A DNA stretch of 64,000 nucleotides from Macrostomum lignano (GCA_002269645.1 NIVC01001503.1:186001-250000); one strand, 5' to 3'. Shown: positions 16,677-29,461, numbered from the stretch's first letter. Translations and numbers: made by a program. The notes: generated by a model not told the origin, from the letters alone.

Positions 16677-18913
16677 GAGGATAGAGAGACAATGGGATGG
16701 ATATAGAAAGACAACGGGAAGGATCGAGAGAGACAATGGGAAGTATAGAGGGAGACAATGGGAAGTATAGAGGGAGACAATGGGAAGTATAGAGGGAGAC
16801 AATGGGAAGTATAGAGGGAGACAATGGGAAGTATAGAGGGAGACAATGGGAAGTATAGAGGGAGACAATGGGAAGTATAGAGGGAGACAATGGGAAGGAT
16901 AGAGAGAGACAATGGGAAGTATAGAGGGAGACAATGGGAAGGATAGAGAGAGACAATGGGAAGAATAGAGAGAGACAATGGGAAGGATAGAGAGAGACAA
17001 TGGGAAGTATAGAGGGAGACAATGGGAAGGATAGAGAGAGACAATGGGAAGTATAGAGGGAGACAATAGGAAGGATAGAGAGAGACAATGGGAAGTATAG
17101 AGACAATGGGAAGTATAGAGGGAGACAATGGGAAGGATAGAGGGAGACAATGAGAAGTATAGAGACAATGGGAAGGATAGAGGGAGACAATGGGAAGGAT
17201 AGAGGGAGACAATGGGAAGTATAGAGGGAGACAATGGGAAGGATAGAGGGAGACAATGGGAAGTATAGAGGGAGACAATGGGAAGGATAGAGGGAGACAA
17301 TGGGAAGGATAGAGGGAGACAATGGGAAGTATAGAGACAATGGGAAGGATGGAGAGAGACAATGGGAAGGATAGAGGGAGACAATGGGAAGTATAGAGGG
17401 AGACAATGGGAAGGATAGAGGGAGACAATGGGAAGTATAGAGGGAGACAATGGGAAGGATAGAGGGAGACAATGGGAAGGATAGAGGGAGACAATGGGAA
17501 GGATGGAGAGACAATGGGGAGAATAGAGAGAGAGACAATGGGAAGAATAGAGAGAGAAACAATGGGAAGGATAGAGGGAGACAATGGGAAGGATAGACGG
17601 AGACAATGGGAAGTATAGAGACAATGGGAAGTATAGAGACAATGGGAAGTATAGAGAGAGACAATGGGAAGGATGGAGAGAGACAATGGGAAGGATAGAG
17701 GGAGACAATGGGAAGGATAGACGGAGACAATGGGAAGTATAGAGACAATGGGAAGTATAGAGACAATGGGAAGTATAGAGGGAGACAATGGGAAGGATAG
17801 AGGGAGACAATGGGAAGGATAGAGGGAGACAATGGGAAGTATAGAGACAATGGGAAGGATAGAGGGAGACAATGAGAAGGATAGAGGGAGACAATGGGAA
17901 GGATAGAGAGAGACAATGGGAAGTATAGAGGGAGACAATGGGAAGTATAGAGGGAGACAATGGGAAGGATAGAGAGACAATGGGAAGTATAGAGAGAGAC
18001 AATGGGAAGTATAGAGGGAGACAATGGGAAGGATAGAGAGAGACAATGGGAAGGATAGAGAGAGACAATGGGAAGGATAGAGAGAGACAATGGGAAGGAT
18101 AGAGAGAGACAATGGGAAGTATAGAGAGAGACAATGGGAAGTATAGAGGGAGACAATGGGAAGGATAGAGGGAGACAATGGGGAGAATAGAGAGAGAGAG
18201 ACAATGGGAAGAATAGAGAGAGAGACAATGGGAAGTATAGAGGGAGACAATGGGAAGTATAGAGGGAGACAATGGGAAGGATAGAGAGAGACAATGGGAA
18301 GGATAGAGAGAGACAATGGGAAGTATAGAGGGAGACAATGGGAAGGATAGAGAGAGACAATGGGAAGTATAGAGACAATGGGAAAGATAGAGGGAGACAA
18401 TGAGAAGGATAGAGGGAGACAATGGGAAGGATAGAGGGAGACAATGGGAAGGATAGAGAGAGACAATGGGAAGTATAGAGGGAGACAATGGGAAGGATAG
18501 AGAGAGACAATAGGAAGGATAGAGAGAGACAATGGGAAGTATAGAGACAATGGGAAGTATAGAGGGAGACAATGGGAAGGATAGAGGGAGACAATGGGAA
18601 GGATAGACGGAGACAATGGGAAGTATAGAGACAATGGGAAGTATAGAGAGAGACAATGGGAAGGATGGAGGGAGACAATGGGAAGGATAGAGGGAGACAA
18701 TGGGAAGTATAGAGGGAGACAATGGGAAGGATAGAGGGAGACAATGGGAAGTATAGAGGGAGACAATGGGAAGGATAGAGAGAGACAATGGGAAGGATAG
18801 AGAGAGACAATGGGAAGGATAGAGAGAGACAATGGGAAGGATAGAGGGAGACAATGGGAAGGATAGAGGGAGACAATGGGAAGGATAGAGGGAGACAATG
18901 GGAAGGATAGAGA
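16677..18913. repeat. Purine-rich ~23-bp satellite (gggagacaatgggaag(t/g)atagag), ~2.2 kb
   Basis: Directly visible; the long ORFs on the - strand are translations of the repeat. Confidence 0.97.
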
Positions 18914-19717
18914 GAAATGGAAGGGTCAGAGTGATAACAATTGATTAAGAAAACAAAAAATTAATGGCACAACATACTTCGCCAAATTATGAGTCCTTGC
19001 TCATCGTAAAGAAAATATCCTGTTGCTCAGATTACAGTAGTGCAGTTCGGTCGCATTGAATAGATGAGAAAGGTTCAGAATTTGCTTCTGCACAGAGACA
19101 GTGAATCAAAGCAATAATTGGCGTCCACCATGTGAACAGATTCTATCCAGTGCTGGAATATTTTTCGCATTTCCTAGAAAAAGTTACGCATCCGCGAACG
19201 CGGGAACTCTGCGCTGCAAATTTCTACAACTGAAACAGAAAAAAACGATGTTTGGGCTTTTAGAAAGTACTTACGAGCTTAAATAGACTATCAAAATGTA
19301 TCGAAGTTATGCATGCAGTTTTTGACGCGCGCTAGGACGCTTGGCTTAGGAGTTGGGCATGAATTTTTACAGTTGGTGTTGGATTCGCTTAAAAATGTTT
19401 TTTAGGCTCGTTTCAAGCAGTAAAGGTACCGAGGGTCGACCCTGCAGTGCTGCTGGGAGTTAGATCACATACCAAAGATATTGGTGAGCCTACTTGTACT
19501 AGGAATTTCAGGTGCGAAAAACCATAATTCGAAGTTCACCGAAATTCCATCGCCTCATCGTATTTTTAACGCATTTTTAAACGAAACTGTCTCAGATTGA
19601 TACGACCCACAATTGATGCAATGAATTCTAAGAACAGATGAAATGGGCACAGTTAAACTATTCAGAGAACAAATAAATTTCGTTGGTTGCCAGTTAAAAA
19701 ATGAACGATAGCAAAAA

Positions 19718-19935
19718 TGTCAGCCAACACACATCCAGCTGGACAATGTACATGGAAGCAACATTGTCAGCCAATGTACATGGGAAGCAACATTGTCAGA
19801 AGCAACATTGTCAGCCAACACACATCCAGCTGGACAATGTACATGGAAGCAACATTGTCAGCCAACACACATCCAGCTGGACAATGTACATGGAAGCAAA
19901 ATTGTCAGCCAACACACATTCAGCTGGACAATGTC
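19718..19935. repeat. ~47-bp minisatellite, 3-4 imperfect copies
   Basis: cagccaacacacatccagctggacaatgtacatggaagcaacattgt recurs. Confidence 0.8.
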
Positions 19936-19985
19936 TAATCACTAATCACACTGATCACTTTACCAGGCCGAGCTAACGGGAAACG

Positions 19986-21981
19986 CTAGGCCAACGTCGC
20001 TGCCTCCTGGGCGTCGGCAGCAGCAGCTGGCGCGTCAGCAGCGGGAAGCCCCAACAGGTGTCGGCAGCCGTCCAGCTCATCCGGCGCGAGTTCGCCCGAC
20101 TCGGCCGCCTCCTTTAGAAAAATCGAGGCCGCTGCGTGCATCATTGAAGAAGACGAAGGCCGCAGCGGCGACCTGCGCCGGTCCAAGGAGCCCGGCAACT
20201 GGTGCTGCTGACACCGCAGCGGCCTCGCCTCCTTCGGCTTGGTGCTCATCAGGTAGACGAGCTCCACAAACTCAAAGAAGGACAGAATTGACACAGGCCG
20301 AACGAGTCTCCGCAAGGCCTCGGCGAACGGTAACTCCTCGTGCAGCTGTCCAGTTGGAAGTTCTTGCCACCAGGAACTCCGCAGCTGTCGTTGAGCTCTC
20401 CTGACTGATGATGTCGTGAATTGGCGCCACGCTGGTGTTCTTCAGGATGTGGTTGTAGCTCCTGGCGCCGACTGTCTCCTTCTGGAATGCGGGAAGCACG
20501 TACTGGTTGATGAGGAACTGGATGTCCCTCTGGCTAGGCCAGGCCGAGCTGCCCATCTTCACGTTGTAGTTGTTCACGCTGCACGGCTGGAAGTTCTGCG
20601 AATCGCGGAAGTAGTCGAAGATCTTGTGCTTCAGTCGGTGCTCGTAGACCCGGTCGTGACACCAGATGTGCCTCAGTGTGCGCTCGATCTCGGCCGGGTC
20701 GGTCCCGTCGCGGCAGTGATAGCACAGCTCGGTGTTGAAGCACTGAAACGGCATTATGTGAGTGTAGCAATGGCAGGCCGACCAGAACAAGGCCTGGCTC
20801 TTATCCACTATGTAGTCTAGGCGGGCTCGTTTGAACTTCTTGAAGTTTGGCGGCGGCCTGGGTCCCGGATAGCGGATGTTGCTGCCAGGATAGTACGCCA
20901 TGTACTCCATCCGGTCCTCCGTGCCGCTGGTCTCCACCCGGCAGGGGTGCTCCGGTCGGTTCTTAGACAGCTTCCGCTCCATGTAGAAGTTGATATTAGA
21001 GAAGTCGCCATTGCCAACAATGACGCTGTTCATGTCCATGTGCGGGTAGGTGTCCTTCTCGTGCAGGATCACCCGCATGCCGTCCGGCTCCAGCTTGTCT
21101 CCGGCCAGCAGCTGATTGAGCGACAGATTGTAATTCTCCAGGTAGCGCTCCAGGAAGTTGGACTGGTCGCCCAGGTGGTTCAGGATTTCGTCCTCGTAGT
21201 CGTAGTAAACGTCTCGAATCGTAGTGAGGCCGTTCTTGGGATGCACATTGCGCAGGTGCGAATTCGTGTAGAGAATCAGGCTCAGGCCTTCGTCTTCGTT
21301 ACTGGAGTAGACCTGCCGGTCCTCGTGGCCTCCATCGAATTTTGGCGCAAATGTGTAGCAATTCCAGTAGCGCAGGTTCTGCACCATCTTGAACTGCTTG
21401 TTGGAGCATTGTCGGTTCTTGTAGCTGCACTGCACTATAAACAAATCGTCATCATGAGCCAGGTCCCTGGTGTCCTCCGAGGCCCAGAAGATCTGCATGA
21501 AAGTCCTGGCCACTTTCAGTCGGCCAACTTTGTCATTGGCGGAGAAATTGCCAGCCCGAATGAAGCCGCTGAAGTATTTCCACCGGTTGCTGATGTGCCC
21601 GTGGATCTCCTTGGCTGCGTGGTACTGCACCGACTCGGAGATCGGGTACATGTTACAGAAAGTCACGTCCGGAAACTCCTGCCGGATGCGGCCCTGCAAG
21701 ATGACGGAGTTCACCGGTGTCTCCATGTAGTTAGCCACGATGAAGTAGATGTGAACGGCGCAGGCTCCGCAGCTGACTAGGGTGATGCAGAGCCAGAACA
21801 GCTTCCTGCAGGTGTCGGTAGACTGGTACATGTGGCCCAGGCCGTGCACTGTAGTCCGGTGCCCGTAGTCATTGAACTCGTTAATTATAAACCGCAGGGT
21901 GTTTCTGCGCTCCTGCTCCCGCCGCTGCTGCTGCTGTTGCTGCTCTTGCTTGGTTCTCGGCGCTTGCGATGCAGTAGCCAT
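19986..21981 (-). CDS. DEG/ENaC-family channel (FaNaC-like), intronless; pre-TM2/TM2 region disrupted at ~20292-20356 (pseudogene or assembly error)
   Basis: HG motif (TTVHGLGH), TM1 (LFWLCITL…), FPDVTFCN, Cys-rich thumb, FQPC…WP. The TM2 end SILSFFEFVELVYL lies in a different frame (ORF 19986-20315). Confidence 0.85.
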
Positions 21982-22573
21982 TTCTGCGTGTCTCCCGCAG
22001 ATTCTGGAAGCTCGATGACTTCTAAAGTTTATTTTTTCAAAGCAGGCACCAAGTTAAAATATGGGAAATATAAACGTTTTGGAAAGGTCCTCTGTGTTAT
22101 CAGGGCGCCAGTGCCGACAGCCTTCAGCCAAAAAGTTGGCCAGCGATTGGGTTGACTGGGGAATAAAGTTCAGGCGGGCGCCTGCTGGTGCAGGGGAATA
22201 TAAACAGTGGGAAAACAAGCAGAGAGAGAGAGATTGTAGTTCTAGCAAGGAGCATCAACCAATGGCTGCTGGTGGACGGCTGACAATGTAATTTTGGCAG
22301 CAGATTTGCGGCTTACATGCCAACTATCACTAAGCTGCAATATCCATAATGCCGTTATGGTCTTTCCAAGCTGTCTGATTCAGCTCATGCATATGCAAAG
22401 AAGCCTCAAGGAGGACATAGCACCCGGGAGGCATTTTATCAGGAGCTGAAGAGTGAGTCTCAGAGCTACGCTTGTAAGAATAGCATTAATTTATCTATCT
22501 GGAATTTTCTTCAGTTTGGAAATTGCGTATAAAACTTTCTGCCTAAATTTTGCTGCAGTTGAATATATACGCT

Positions 22574-23655
22574 CGTACATTGTCTCGGATGGACTCTAAT
22601 GTGCATCGTCATGGACTGAAATCTAATGTACATTGTCTCGGGTGGACTCTAATGTGCATCGTCATGGACTGAAATCTAATGTACATTGTCTCGGGTGGAC
22701 TCTAATGTGCATCGTCATGGACTGAAATCTAATGTACATTGTCTCGGGTGGACTCTAATGTGCATCGTCATGGACTGAAATCTAATGTACATTGTCTCGG
22801 ATGGACTCTAATGTGCATCGTCATGGACTGAAATCTAATGTACATTGTCTCGGATGGACTCTAATGTGCATCGTCATGGACTGAAATCTAATGTACATTG
22901 TCTCGGATGGACTCTAATGTGCATCGTCATGGACTGAAATCTAATGTACATTGTCTCGGATGGACTCTAATGTGCATCGTCATGGACTGAAATCTAATGT
23001 ACATTGTCTCGGATGGACTCTAATGTGCATCGTCATGGACTGAAATCTAATGTACATTGTCTCGGATGGACTCTAATGTGCATCGTCATGGACTGAAATC
23101 TAATGTACATTGTCTCGGGTTGGAATCCAATATACATTGTCTCGGGTTGGAATCTAATGTACATTGTCTCGGGTTGGAATCTAATGTACATTGTCTCGTG
23201 TTGGAATCTAATGTACATTGTATCAGGTTTGAATCCAATGTACACTGTCTCGTGTTGGAATCTAATTTACATTGTCTCGTGTTGGAATCTAATGTACATT
23301 GTCTCGTGTTGGAATCTAATGTACATTGTCTCGGGTTAGAATCCAATGTACATTGTCTCGGGTTGGAATCCAATGTACATTGTCTCGTGTTGGAATCTAA
23401 TGTAAATTATCTCGTTGCGGAATCTAATGTACATTATCTCGTGGCGGAATCTAATGTACATTGTATCGGGTTGGAATCCAATGTACTTTGTCTCGGGTTG
23501 GAATCTAATGTACATTGTCTCGGGTTGGAATCTAATGTACATTGTCTCGTGCTGGAATCTAATGTACATTGTATCGGGTTGGAATCTAATGTACATTGTC
23601 TCGGGTTGGAATCTAATGTACATTGTATCAGGTCGGACTCTAGTGTACATTGTCA
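22574..23655. repeat. Satellite with a 27-bp monomer (right part) and a 53-bp dimer (left part)
   Basis: Monomer aatgtacattgtctcgggttggaatct; the dimer period of 53 was read from 22628 to 22681. Confidence 0.93.
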
Positions 23656-24544
23656 CGGACAGGAATCCCTATACACATATTCCCAAAGCAGCAAGTGCTA
23701 AACCATTTTCTGAGCTCTGCGAAGCGACAAATAAGACTCAGCGCTGCTCAATCATTTTTAGAAGCAGGCAAGCCGCATCCGGCGACAGCAAAGTTTGTCA
23801 GAGCCGCTTCCGGTCATAAAAGCAGATTTCTGAGCAGCTGTTGGTGGCGGGATCCCACTGGAAAGGGTTTTTGAAACTCAAAATTGTCACTCTCGCGGTG
23901 GGGATGAATTGGGAGAAAAATTGTCAATAATTGTCGTTTAAATTACCGCATGGCGAGGCTGGGAAGCCGCAGTTGAAAATTCCCCTGCAGCGGGGGGCTC
24001 TGCGACAGATTTTTCACAGCTCATCCATCCCAATTATATTAATGGATTGGGCAGGACTGATTCTTTGACAGAAATCGATCGCATGAATTGCCCAACCAGA
24101 TCCGATGGCGAACAGCGTTAGCCGTAAAATTAAAAAATTCCAAGTGTTTTAAACTCAAAACATGTGATATAGATTAGCACTCCAGTCTATAATTTATGCT
24201 AGATTAGCAATCCAATATCAGGGACTACTTGAACAACAGTGGACAGCCGACTTTGGTCTTTGGTCTTGTAGCGCTGGACAAGGTCTTCAAAAAAGTAATT
24301 CGACAGTCGGCATGAGACAGCAGTTGCTAGAAAATCGTGACCTGCAGGAAAGAAGTATTCGGCAATGGTCAGAAAACAGTTATGAACACGGGAGGCACAG
24401 CTTTGAGACTGCAGTGTAAAGCTGGCGGAGCATAGGCGAGAAAATGGAAACAGCCACTCAGGCCGGTATGCCAGCTTCCCCTGGAAACCATCTCCAGGAA
24501 ATCGGAGGAATCAGAACTCCCCGCGCCTGCTTCTTGCGGTCAAT

Positions 24545-25550
24545 TTTCCTTTACTGTGAGCTTGCTCGTAGTCGCCGGTTCATGCGAAGTCTCTCGATTT
24601 CACGCATCGTGCAGGACGTCTGGCTACGTCCACTGTCGGCTGTCCACTGTCTCGCCGTCTAGCTGAACCCTTCGATGAATCGGCGGTAGAACCCCAGCAT
24701 GCCGAGGAACTGCTTCACCTCTTTGACCGACTTTGGACTAGGGATGCTGCGAATGACCTCAAACTTGCTGGGGTCCGGTGCAATATCCTCCTGCTAGCTG
24801 ATCAGGTGTCCCAGGTACAGCACCCGGCGATGGCCGAACACGCTCTTCGCATTGTGCAGTTTGAGACCCGCATCTCGTAGCCGTTAAAAAACGCGCTCAA
24901 ATCTCACTAGATGCTCGTCAAAGGTCCTGCTGAAGACGATGATGTCGTTGATGTAAGTCAGCACGGAGTCCCAGGACAGACCGGAAATCACCAACTCCAT
25001 CAGCCGCTGGAACGTCGCTGGGCATTGCAAATTCCAAAGCCCGTCTTGCGGAACTGCGTCAGGCCACGGGTCGAATAGAAGGCAGTTTTAAACCGGTCTT
25101 CTTCTGCCACCTCCACCTAGTTAGTGGTAGCCCTGCCGGCAGTCGATGGTGGAGAACCAGGAGCACCTGACCAGAGCATTCATGCTTGCTGCATGTGCGG
25201 CAGCGGGTACGCGTCCTTGACCGTGCAGGCATTCAGCTGCCGCCAGTCCGTGCATTTTTACGTTTTTGTGGACCACCAGCAGGTTGCTCGCCCATGGCGA
25301 CGACGACGGCTCGATGATGCCGCTGTCCAGCATCTGTAAGATCTTTTTATCCACCTGGTTTCGCACAGACAGAGGCAGACGGCGCTGCATGGACTTGCCG
25401 GTGCGGCCGCGTTCCCGTTTCCAGTTCGACCTGGGCTGTAGCAGCTCCGTAGTGCCCCAGGTCGAACTCGGGCTTGGCGAACAAGCTCTCGTTGCGCTCT
25501 AGCAGCTGCCGCAGCCTCGCTACATCCGGTCCGGGTAGCTCTACGTTCAT
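24545..25550 (-). mobile_element. Degenerate Ty3/Gypsy pol fragment (RT and RT/RNase H connection)
   Basis: IIEPSSSPWASNLLVVHK, FSTID, NAPATFQRLM, LTYINDIIVFS (YxDD mutated to YIND at 24944-24955), [23 protein letters not shown]; several stops and frameshifts. Confidence 0.88.
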
Positions 25551-25652
25551 TTTCCACCCGATGGGGGTCTCGTGAGCTTGGCTCGAAAAAAGTTGGCTTG
25601 CTAGCGTGCTTGCTTGTTTCTTTCGCCTTTAGCTAAGCTCTTCATTCATATA

Positions 25653-26286
25653 CACTCAGCAACATTTAAAACGCAACACTCTAACTAGAAGAAAAATCAA
25701 CTCACTCAGAAGAGTCAAAGCGCATAGTCTATGGTTCAAATCGAGCTTCAGAAACGCGTGTAGCTTCCTCTCGCAAGTAACAGGGCGATGACTATGGACT
25801 GTTTTCAGATAGAGTGATCCAGCTGAGAGAATGGTTCAACAGATGACAGACGCGGAAAGATGGCGAGCAGTCGGAATGTTGGAAGCAGGTTGTACTCTTC
25901 GAACAACAGCTGTTGTACTGCGAAGTTGGTGAAGCACCGTACCTTTTCTCGCGTGAGCCACGCTTCCAGTGGCTCTGCTCTTCTGTAGCAGACGTAAAAC
26001 TGTTGAAGGCGACCTCCCGAAGTGGTTCGCAACTGTTCGAAGAGTACAACCTGCTTCCAACATTCCGACTGCTCGCCATCTTTCCGCGTCTGTCATCTGT
26101 TGAACCATTCTCTCAGCTGGATCACTCTATCTGAAAACAGTCCATAGTCATCGCCCTGTTACTTGCGAGAGGAAGCTACACGCGTTTCTGAAGCTCGATT
26201 TGAACCATAGACTATGCGCTTTGACTCTTCTGAGTGAGTTGATTTTTCTTCTAGTTAGAGTGTTGCGTTTTAAATGTTGCTGAGTG
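25653..26286. mobile_element. Tc1/mariner fold-back element: 253-bp perfect inverted arms (25653-25905 / 26034-26286) and a 128-bp spacer; truncated transposase N-terminal HTH on the - strand
   Basis: TA|CACTCAGC…GCTGAGTG|TA. ORF 25836-26108 (RWRAVGMLEAGCTLRTVANHFGRSPSTVLRLLQKSRATGSV) resembles a Tc1-type paired HTH. Confidence 0.85.
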
Positions 26287-26306
26287 TATACATATATATA
26301 AGGCTC

Positions 26307-26813
26307 GGGCTTCTTGAAGTTTATGTTGATAAAATAGTTGCAATTTTGATAGGATCATAATTCCGTCTCTAAAGGGGTTTTTGATGGTGCTGATTTCAAA
26401 TTTGAGCTCCATTTTTTGCTAGCTTTAACCCAATTATATGTAGCTTAAAGCCAACCACCGGGGCATGGGGAATGGGGGGGGTTTAGGGTGGGGAGATTTT
26501 TCATGAGGATTGATTTTATCAACATAAACTTCAATAGAGGCATGGAGACCTATTGAAGGTTATGTTGATTTATTCCAATCCTAATAGGGGGGGGGGGGGG
26601 GGTCGTGGCTTTAAGCCAACCACTGGGGCATGGGGAATGGGGGGTTTCAGGGTGAAGAGATCGAGTAAATTGTGATTGCATCAACCATACAGGTAACTTT
26701 CTGCTGTTTTTTTTACATTTTTGAGATTTTGGGTGGCCCATAAGTGTCCACTGCAAGTTTTAGAAAAATTGGAAAATTGAAAGTATTTTATCAACATAAG
26801 CTTCAAGAAGCCC
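26307..26813. mobile_element. Second Merlin-like MITE (507 bp), same family as 13516-14343
   Basis: 30-bp TIR with 1 mismatch (GGGCTTCTTGAAG(T/C)TTATGTTGATAAAATA); 8-bp TSD TAAGGCTC at 26299-26306 and 26814-26821; shares internal aaagccaaccaccggggcatggggaatgggg blocks. Confidence 0.82.
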
Positions 26814-27249
26814 TAAGGCTCTATTAGTCATCAGACAGACTAAAGCCATGCTCGTTGCATACTCAATTGATACACAAGTGTTACATGTATAGTGATTCGT
26901 TTTATACCATAGACAAAAAGCCGTCTGACTGCAGATTTTTAAAAGGCATTCTCTATATAAAACACTGTGAAAAAGGGGGTACTGTACAAAAAAGCTCGCT
27001 GCTACTTTCAAAATGAAGCTTGACAAAAACTAAGTTGTGCATCTTGTAGAGGGATAAATTCTGTGCAGGATGGCGAAAAAATCTGCCTTCTACGTTCAAT
27101 AATAAATTTTAGGGAGCGCTAGAAAAAACCAGCCTCCAACTACTTTCTGTATGATTTGGCCAGTTTCCCATCCCTAGTTTAAGTAGTCCCTGTCCAATAT
27201 ACTAAAAATCCATTCTACAATTTATGCTAGATTAACAGCATATAACAGC

Positions 27250-27800
27250 TATTACTTGGGTGATGTGAGCTAGATTAGCAATCCATTCTATTACTTGGGT
27301 GATGTAAGCTAGATTAGCAATCCATTCTATTACTTGGGTGATGTAAGCTAGATTAGCAATCCATTCTATTACTTGGGTGATGTAAGCTAGATTAGCAATC
27401 CATTCTATTACTTGGGTGATGTAAGCTAGATTAGCAATCCATTCTATTACTTGGGTGATGTAAGCTAGATTAGCAATCCATTCTATTACTTGGGTGATGT
27501 GAGCTAGATTAGCAATCCATTCTATTACTTGGGTGATGTAAGCTAGATTAGCAATCCATTCTATTACTTGGGTGATGTGAGCTAGATTAGCAATCCATTC
27601 TATTACTTGGGTGATTTGAGTTAGATTAGCAATCCATTCTATTACTTGGGTGATTTGAGTTAGATTAGCAATCCATTCTATTACTTGGGTGATTTGAGTT
27701 AGATTAGCAATCCATTCTATTACTTGGGTGATTTGAGTTAGATTAGCAATCCATTCTATTACTTGGGTGATTTGAGTTAGATTAGCAATCCATTCTATTC
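27250..27800. repeat. 39-bp minisatellite, ~14 copies
   Basis: Unit attagcaatccattctattacttgggtgatgtaagctag, with a polarised gatttgagtt variant on the right. Confidence 0.95.
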
Positions 27801-28414
27801 CTTTATCGCTGTGGGCCTGATTAGCAACATCTTTATTGGAATGAATCGGATTTGATTCATTCCCAGCATGACATCGATTCATTCTATTTTAAATTTCATT
27901 AGAAGTTCTAGCATTTTACGCACAATGGTACTGCTAGTAGGCATCGAAGAATTTTCATCAATAAAATATTAACTCCGGCGACGCCATCGAATGCATACGA
28001 AGAGTTTCATTAAGGAAATGCTGTGGAATTTATACCTGTCTATTTTGACTGACTTTGCAATGTACGGGAAAGGAGTTTAAAATGCAAAACTAGGCTGACT
28101 GCTTGGGCAATCAGCTGGTGGAGACCTCTGGCGTGTCTGAGGTGGGGAAAGCAAAAAATTAACTGAAAATATGAGTCTGCATAACCCCAGACGCTACATG
28201 CTGCTGCTGACATCGCCAAATTGAAGACAATTGACGTGCGCAAGAGACAATTGAGACAAAATTATTTTATCAGGAAGAAAAATTATGCCCCCAAAAAGGT
28301 TGATGCCGATCGTTGGCACATTGAAGATGCCAGCTGGCTTGCAGGGGAGACTTAGTCTTTTGTATTTGCCCGAAGGGAGGCGGCGTACAAGGCGGCGGTG
28401 CTGTGGTCGGGCGG

Positions 28415-28451
28415 TCACATCAAAACGCACGAGTGGCCACTTTCGCCAGAC

Positions 28452-28487
<36 letters not shown>

Positions 28488-28786
28488 TTGTGGTCTGATT
28501 CGTCTCCAGCTTGCGCCTGCTTCAGCTCCGCCTTTTGCTGCTTCTGCGCCAGCTGCTCCTCGCGGCAGCAACAACAGGAGCTGATTGACGCCCGCTGCTG
28601 TTTGAGCGCCATCAGCAGTCGCAGGTATTTCCTGCACCGCTTGCAATGCTGCTGCTGCTGCTCCTGCAGTTGCTGAAGCTGCTCGGTCGAAGTTCGTTCG
28701 TGACAGCCGGCCACGTGACCGGGCGACAAGTTGCGAAAGTCCGGACAACAGGGCAGGCGGAGGTTAGCAGCCTTGTAGCAGGCCAT
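28415..28786 (-). CDS. Putative small poly-Q protein or terminal exon ending in a CaaX box (…SGHSCVLM*)
   Basis: 123-aa GC-rich ORF, Cys-rich N-half, CAG runs, C-terminal CVLM. The frame is ambiguous because an overlapping poly-Ala frame is also open. Confidence 0.35.
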
Positions 28787-29064
28787 GCTGCAGTGAGTGC
28801 CGGACTAGCTGACTCCGTGATGCTCTTGTTGGCACTGCCGTGTTGCTTTAATATCGTCCCGGACCCGCGTTGATGTTGCCTCGCGTGCCCAGAAACTTGG
28901 TCCGCTTATGAATTGACTTCTCATGACCTCTATACTTGTCTCGGTCGAAAATATCCTTATTGCACAAAATGTCTATGGGTGATAGGGGTGAAAATCTCAA
29001 TATTTCCTTTTCGATGCACTCTCGTCACTCTTAATGCATTCAAGACTCACTCCCGATCAACATA

Positions 29065-29082
29065 ATTAGTCAGTCAGCTAGC

Positions 29083-29117
<35 letters not shown>

Positions 29118-29238
29118 CTAGTTAGTTAGTTAGTTAGTTAGTTAGTCAGTTAGTTAGTTAGTTAGCTAGTTAGTTAGTTAGTTAGCTAGTTAGTTAGTTA
29201 ACCAGTTAGCTAGTTAGCTAGTTAGTTAGTTAGTTAGC

Positions 29239-29269
<31 letters not shown>

Positions 29270-29270
29270 C

Positions 29271-29305
<35 letters not shown>

Positions 29306-29315
29306 CTAGTTAGTC

Positions 29316-29389
<74 letters not shown>

Positions 29390-29399
29390 CTAGTTAGTC

Positions 29400-29461
<62 letters not shown>

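Noticed and set aside
16604-18898. 700+ aa ORFs in three frames (also 32918-35462, 60003-61104, 51690-52938, 23033-23819, 8870-9565, 3523-4097, 5230-5793, 27232-27882)
   Set aside because: They are translations of stop-free tandem repeats, open in several frames or strands, with no domain content.
20416-21780. + strand ORFs overlapping ENaC, MFS, SULT, KLHL10 and sestrin exons
   Set aside because: Antisense or alternate-frame shadows typical of high-GC3 coding sequence.
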